A stretch of 64,000 nucleotides of DNA from an uncultured Acidobacteriota bacterium (lineage in GTDB: Bacteria; Acidobacteriota; Thermoanaerobaculia; Multivoradales; UBA5704), in assembly GCA_963770895.1 (NCBI GenBank), contig CAVYRF010000001.1:1184001-1248000 (forward strand), read 5' to 3'. Below the pieces are notes generated by a model. It did no database searches. It was not told where the DNA came from and saw only the letters and a list, made by a program, of their open reading frames with translations. Of the stretch, positions 60,366 to 64,000 are shown piece after piece (the stretch's first letter is position 1; the number at the start of each line of letters is the position of its first letter). The position numbers and the translations under genes are program-made.

Positions 60366-61704
60366 GATTCTCCCCAGGTCCCGGGTAATTCCGGCTGCGA
60401 CCGCGGAACGTGTAGGTCTGCTTCGTTAGGACGGAGCCATCTTGGCTGAGCGCTCGGATCTCCATTTCGAGAGCATCGATCTTTTGGATAGTCGGGAAGT
60501 CGTTCCCCGGCGTCCAACGCGCGATTGGTTTCTCCTTCGCCCAGATCTCGACCGCGGAGACCTCTGCTGGAGCCTCGATCCGAAGAACGACCTCTCCCCC
60601 GAGGGCACTTTTGCCGGACTGGTCGAGCGGCTCGGCAGCAATGAGCCACTCTGGTGTGCGTTTCGCAGGGGTGACCTCGCGAGGTGCACGGTCCAGCAGT
60701 TCGGCGGCTCCGAGATGTATGTTCAAGCCGGGCTCGGGCCCCTGCCGCGGGGGCTCAGAGAGGAGAGCCGTCATGATCCTCGCTCCCGCGAGCAGCCCCA
60801 CAACCAGGGCCGCAGCGGTCCATAACGGCCAGTACGCCTGGCGGCGTGGCGGTGAAGCGTCGCTCTTGATGATGCGTCGCGGCGGATCCGGGGGTAAAGG
60901 AGGTTCGATCACGGGCTGGGCATGGGCCGCAACCGCGACGAAGCAGAGATCGTCGTCGCTCGCCTTTTCCTCAGCGACCCGCTCGAAGCCTTGCGGAGAC
61001 AAATTCCAATCCTCCCCGAGGCCATCTGAATGGATGACGCATCTCGTGACGTTTCGCAAGATCCGGCTTTCGAGGAGGAGAGGGGCTTCGCCGGTGCTGG
61101 ACCAGCGCCCCCGGGAGGACCCCGTAACGCCGCTCCAATGTCCATCTGCCAGGGCGATCCAGGCTTGGACGTCGCCAACCAGGTATAGGTGCAGGGTGCC
61201 TTCCACCCTGCCGAGGACAAACGCGCCGAACACCGTCTGCGAGCCATCGAGCCGCGCCTTTTTGACGGCGCCTTGGACCAGGGGAGGAAGGTCCGCCCCC
61301 GTTGGTATCGCCAGGACAAGACGCTGGATCTCTGGCGTCCAGCTCAGGAGAGTTGCTGTAAGCCGCTCCTCGCTAGGAGGAGTGGAACGCAGGTCCCAGA
61401 GGTGCTCGAGCAAGCGTTCGGACACTTCACGCGCTGCCAGCTCGCCATGGAACGATTGGCTCACTCCGTCGGCGGCGATGCCCACCACATGGACACCATC
61501 GGTGCGCAGCACCGCGAAATCCTGACCGGACGTACCCTGGGCATCGTGCTCCCGGCATTTCCTGTACCCGAGGTCTACCTCCAAGCCATGGTTCTTGAAG
61601 TCCCGATGCTTGTGCTGGACCTCCGTCGAGGAGGGGTCTGCGCGAAGATCCAGGGAGTGGGTCTCGTGGGCGGCCCTTCCCTCGCCGGAGATCTTGGGGA
61701 TCAT
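60325..61704 (-). CDS. PP2C-like phosphatase with a TM helix and C-terminal domain
   Basis: ATGA overlap with vWA; GQDF, AADGVSQS, HSDG, SDDD; TM WPLWTAAALVVGLLAGARIMTALL. Confidence 0.85.
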   Translation of the reverse strand: MIPKISGEGRAAHETHSLDLRADPSSTEVQHKHRDFKNHGLEVDLGYRKCREHDAQGTSGQDFAVLRTDGVHVVGIAADGVSQSFHGELAAREVSERLLEHLWDLRSTPPSEERLTATLLSWTPEIQRLVLAIPTGADLPPLVQGAVKKARLDGSQTVFGAFVLGRVEGTLHLYLVGDVQAWIALADGHWSGVTGSSRGRWSSTGEAPLLLESRILRNVTRCVIHSDGLGEDWNLSPQGFERVAEEKASDDDLCFVAVAAHAQPVIEPPLPPDPPRRIIKSDASPPRRQAYWPLWTAAALVVGLLAGARIMTALLSEPPRQGPEPGLNIHLGAAELLDRAPREVTPAKRTPEWLIAAEPLDQSGKSALGGEVVLRIEAPAEVSAVEIWAKEKPIARWTPGNDFPTIQKIDALEMEIRALSQDGSVLTKQTYTFRGRSRNYPGPGENRGFYKIDIRQGQP

Positions 61705-62456
61705 CGCCGCACCTGGTCTGTTGCCTTCGACATGACGAATCCGAGCTCGACCAGCTCCGGCCGGGTTCCCGGAATCAACATCCGATTGCCGGCGGCGAAT
61801 CGGTAGCCCTGGGTCGCCAGGACTTCGGCATAACTCGGCGGCAGAGGGGAGGACATCCGGAAGAGCTTCTGTGCATGGGGGTCTTTGAGCTCCGAAAGGC
61901 TCCCCACTCCGGGCCACCCCTTGACGTCACGAATCAAGGTTTGAGTGAGGTCTGCCCCGAGATAGACGTTTTCGACGAGGACGTTCCCGTCGGAAGTGGA
62001 GATGCCCATGATCTCCCGGACCATGGGCTCGGGATCGGCTGTGCTGTGCTCGCCGTCGGTCAGGTGGCAGACCAGAGGAGCTGGGCGCCCTGCCAGCCTC
62101 GGCATCTCGCGGACCAGGAGATCCCGCGCCACGGCGAAGGCCTCGTATGTCGAGGTCGCCTCGTTCGCGGTGAACTCCGGGATTCCGATATCCACCACCT
62201 GCTGGAGGAGACGGGGACCGCCGAAGATATCGACGACTTTGTCGCTGTACGAGAAAAGAGCGACCTCGTAGCGTGACAGAATCTGTTCGCCTACCAGGGA
62301 GCGCTGGATCATCCTTTCGAAAACCTGTCGAAGGGCTTGATTCACATGCGCGATCTTCGACGCTCCGTCCAGCAGGTCGGTCATCGAACCGCTGACGTCG
62401 ATGAGGTAGATGATGAGTGCGGGGGTCTGCCTGGTTGCCTTGATACCGTAGGGCAT
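61701..62456 (-). CDS. Stand-alone vWA protein (TerY-like)
   Basis: AGGAGGT RBS; MIDAS IDVSGSM, TST, HLTDG. Confidence 0.9.
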   Translation of the reverse strand: MPYGIKATRQTPALIIYLIDVSGSMTDLLDGASKIAHVNQALRQVFERMIQRSLVGEQILSRYEVALFSYSDKVVDIFGGPRLLQQVVDIGIPEFTANEATSTYEAFAVARDLLVREMPRLAGRPAPLVCHLTDGEHSTADPEPMVREIMGISTSDGNVLVENVYLGADLTQTLIRDVKGWPGVGSLSELKDPHAQKLFRMSSPLPPSYAEVLATQGYRFAAGNRMLIPGTRPELVELGFVMSKATDQVRR

Positions 62457-62710
62457 CGGGATCTCACCTCCTAGCCCACAGAAACCACTTCCTCCCTTCT
62501 TGTTTAGACGGCTGGCAACGAACCCTTGCCTGTCCTCAGCCGGGCTGGGTCGGACGTCGATGCGCGGTCGTGTTGGCGCGCTACACCGCGGACGCGACAC
62601 CGCAAATGCCAACCGTGCAGTCAGCTCCGCAGGCGCCAGGCCTCGCCTACTGGCTGGCGCAACAGCCGCATGGCTGTCGCCGCTTCCGGCAGATCTGGCA
62701 GTGGCGTTAA

Positions 62711-64000
62711 CTCTACTTTGTCAGATTTCGGAAGCGCTTGATTCCAAGGCGGTTAGCTCTTAGAATTGGGCTGGAAAGTATGATTTCTCGCCGAGACCAG
62801 ATGCTTCCCCCCCTCAAAGGACCATAGTCGGAAGGAGAGACGCTATGCCCCAGCTCCCCTGCAAGAGCTGGGAGCGCGATTCCTGGCCTTTCAGCGGGGA
62901 TTTGCGCTTCTTTTCCGCCTGCGGACCCGAGACGTGAACTTGCAAGCACGGGCGTATCTGAGCGGTTTGTTGCAGGCCGCAAAGCGCAACGTCCAGCGGA
63001 TGGCAGAGGTGGTGCCCGGCACCGAGGCTCAGGCACTGCACCACTTTCTCGCTCATTCGCCCTGGGATGCGCGAGCCGTCATGGATCAAGTGGCGAAAGA
63101 GGTCGGCGGGCTGTTGGGCGGAGATCAGGACACCTGCCTGCTGCTCGACGAGACCTGCTTTGCGAAGAAAGGCGTTCGGTCGGTGGGCGTAGCTCGGCAG
63201 TGGTTCGGCTTGCAGGGCAAGACGGATAACTGCCAGGTGGCGGTCTTCGCCGCCTTGGCGCGAGGCAAGCGGGTCAGCCTGATCGATGCGGAGCTGTACC
63301 TGCCGCGGGAGTGGGTCGAGGATCCAATGCGATGTGCCGCGGCGGGTGTGCCGGTTGAGCGCCGCGTGATGAAGACGAAGCCAGCGTTGGCTCTGGATCT
63401 GGTTCGACGAGCACGACGCAACGGAGTGCACTTCGCCTGGGTGGCGGCGGATGGGACGTATGGTCAGGATCGCGCTCTGCTGCGCGCCCTCGACGACGCC
63501 GATGAGACGTTTGTCATCGATGTTCACCGGGACCAACGGGTCTTTCTTGACAACCCGCGTCGGGCCAAACGACGTCGGGCGACACCGGAGTCTCGCGCTG
63601 AAGACTTGCGTGTGGACGAATGGGTTGCTCGCCAACCGGCCGCAGCATGGCAAGAAGTATGGGTCCGGCGCGGGACCCAAGGGGAGCTTCGTGTGCAAGC
63701 CCTGCGTTGCCGCGTCTGGGTGCGCGAAGCCACAGAGACCCAAGCCCGCTGTTGGCAGTTGATCGTGACGCGCGAGATCGGTGCGCCCGACACCACCAAG
63801 TACAGCTTCAGCAATGCCGCCGAGCAGACCTCTTTGCAACGGTTGGCTTATATGCAGCGGCAGCGCTACTGGGTCGAACGTGCCTTCCAGGAAGCCAAGA
63901 ACGAGGCCGGCATGGACGAATACCAGGCGCGAAGCTGGCAAGCTTGGTATCACCACATGGCCCTCGTCATGATGGCGCTGCTTTTCATTCTGAAAGAAAA
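62711..64000 (+). mobile_element. IS701-family insertion sequence, right end beyond the window
   Basis: Transposase motifs; putative left end CTCTACTTTGTCAGATT at ~62711. Confidence 0.85.
62859..64000 (+). CDS. IS701-family DDE transposase (3'-truncated, start uncertain; absent from the ORF track)
   Basis: AYLSGLLQAAKRNVQRMAE, HHFLAHSPWD, LLDETCFAKKGVRSVGVARQW...NCQVAV, VAADGTYG, RYWVERAFQEAK, WYHHMALV. Confidence 0.92.
   Translation, partial: MQELGARFLAFQRGFALLFRLRTRDVNLQARAYLSGLLQAAKRNVQRMAEVVPGTEAQALHHFLAHSPWDARAVMDQVAKEVGGLLGGDQDTCLLLDETCFAKKGVRSVGVARQWFGLQGKTDNCQVAVFAALARGKRVSLIDAELYLPREWVEDPMRCAAAGVPVERRVMKTKPALALDLVRRARRNGVHFAWVAADGTYGQDRALLRALDDADETFVIDVHRDQRVFLDNPRRAKRRRATPESRAEDLRVDEWVARQPAAAWQEVWVRRGTQGELRVQALRCRVWVREATETQARCWQLIVTREIGAPDTTKYSFSNAAEQTSLQRLAYMQRQRYWVERAFQEAKNEAGMDEYQARSWQAWYHHMALVMMALLFILKE

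Noticed and set aside
31253-61917. Long N-terminal extensions in the ORF track (957-aa esterase, 708-aa RtcB, 809-aa M28, 498-aa DUF899, 530-aa PP2C) as fusions
   Set aside because: They overlap neighbouring genes; downstream starts with an RBS, signal peptide or stop-start overlap fit better
62814-63956. 380-aa minus-strand ORF
   Set aside because: Antisense shadow of the IS701 transposase

Overview
Very GC-rich bacterial DNA. The giant LCL-type NRPS, acidobacterial-type PadR with an ADOP relic, and many secreted hydrolases suggest Acidobacteriota, possibly Thermoanaerobaculia (inference). Layout: (1) 1-2.6 kb, 3' end of an NRPS (MT/A tail-T-C). (2) 2.8-4.7 kb, a lower-GC insert (frameshifted DUF3800-like gene plus a DUF6516/HTH toxin-antitoxin-like pair) bracketed by two copies of a bulged-hairpin repeat. 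(3) 6.4-28.5 kb, a 7369-aa NRPS, T0-[C-A-T]x2-[C-vestigial A-T]-[C-T]-[C-A-T]x3-TE. (4) 28.5-56.6 kb, accessory hydrolases and oxidases, a secreted 8-Cys mini-protein, HepT/MntA, two VapBC pairs (one bracketed by the same hairpin repeat), an ArsR-SRPBCC-CxxC peptide-DUF899 operon, rtcB and two GT2 genes. (5) 56.7-62.5 kb, a lower-GC operon of vWA, membrane-anchored PP2C-like phosphatase, membrane-anchored kinase and dynamin-like GTPase. (6) An IS701-family element running off the end. Best candidates for undescribed biology: the TerY-P-like triad plus dynamin operon, the hairpin repeats bracketing TA cargo, and the NRPS with adenylation-less modules. Family calls rest on motifs recognised by eye; no database searches were run. 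No CRISPR, tRNA or rRNA was seen.
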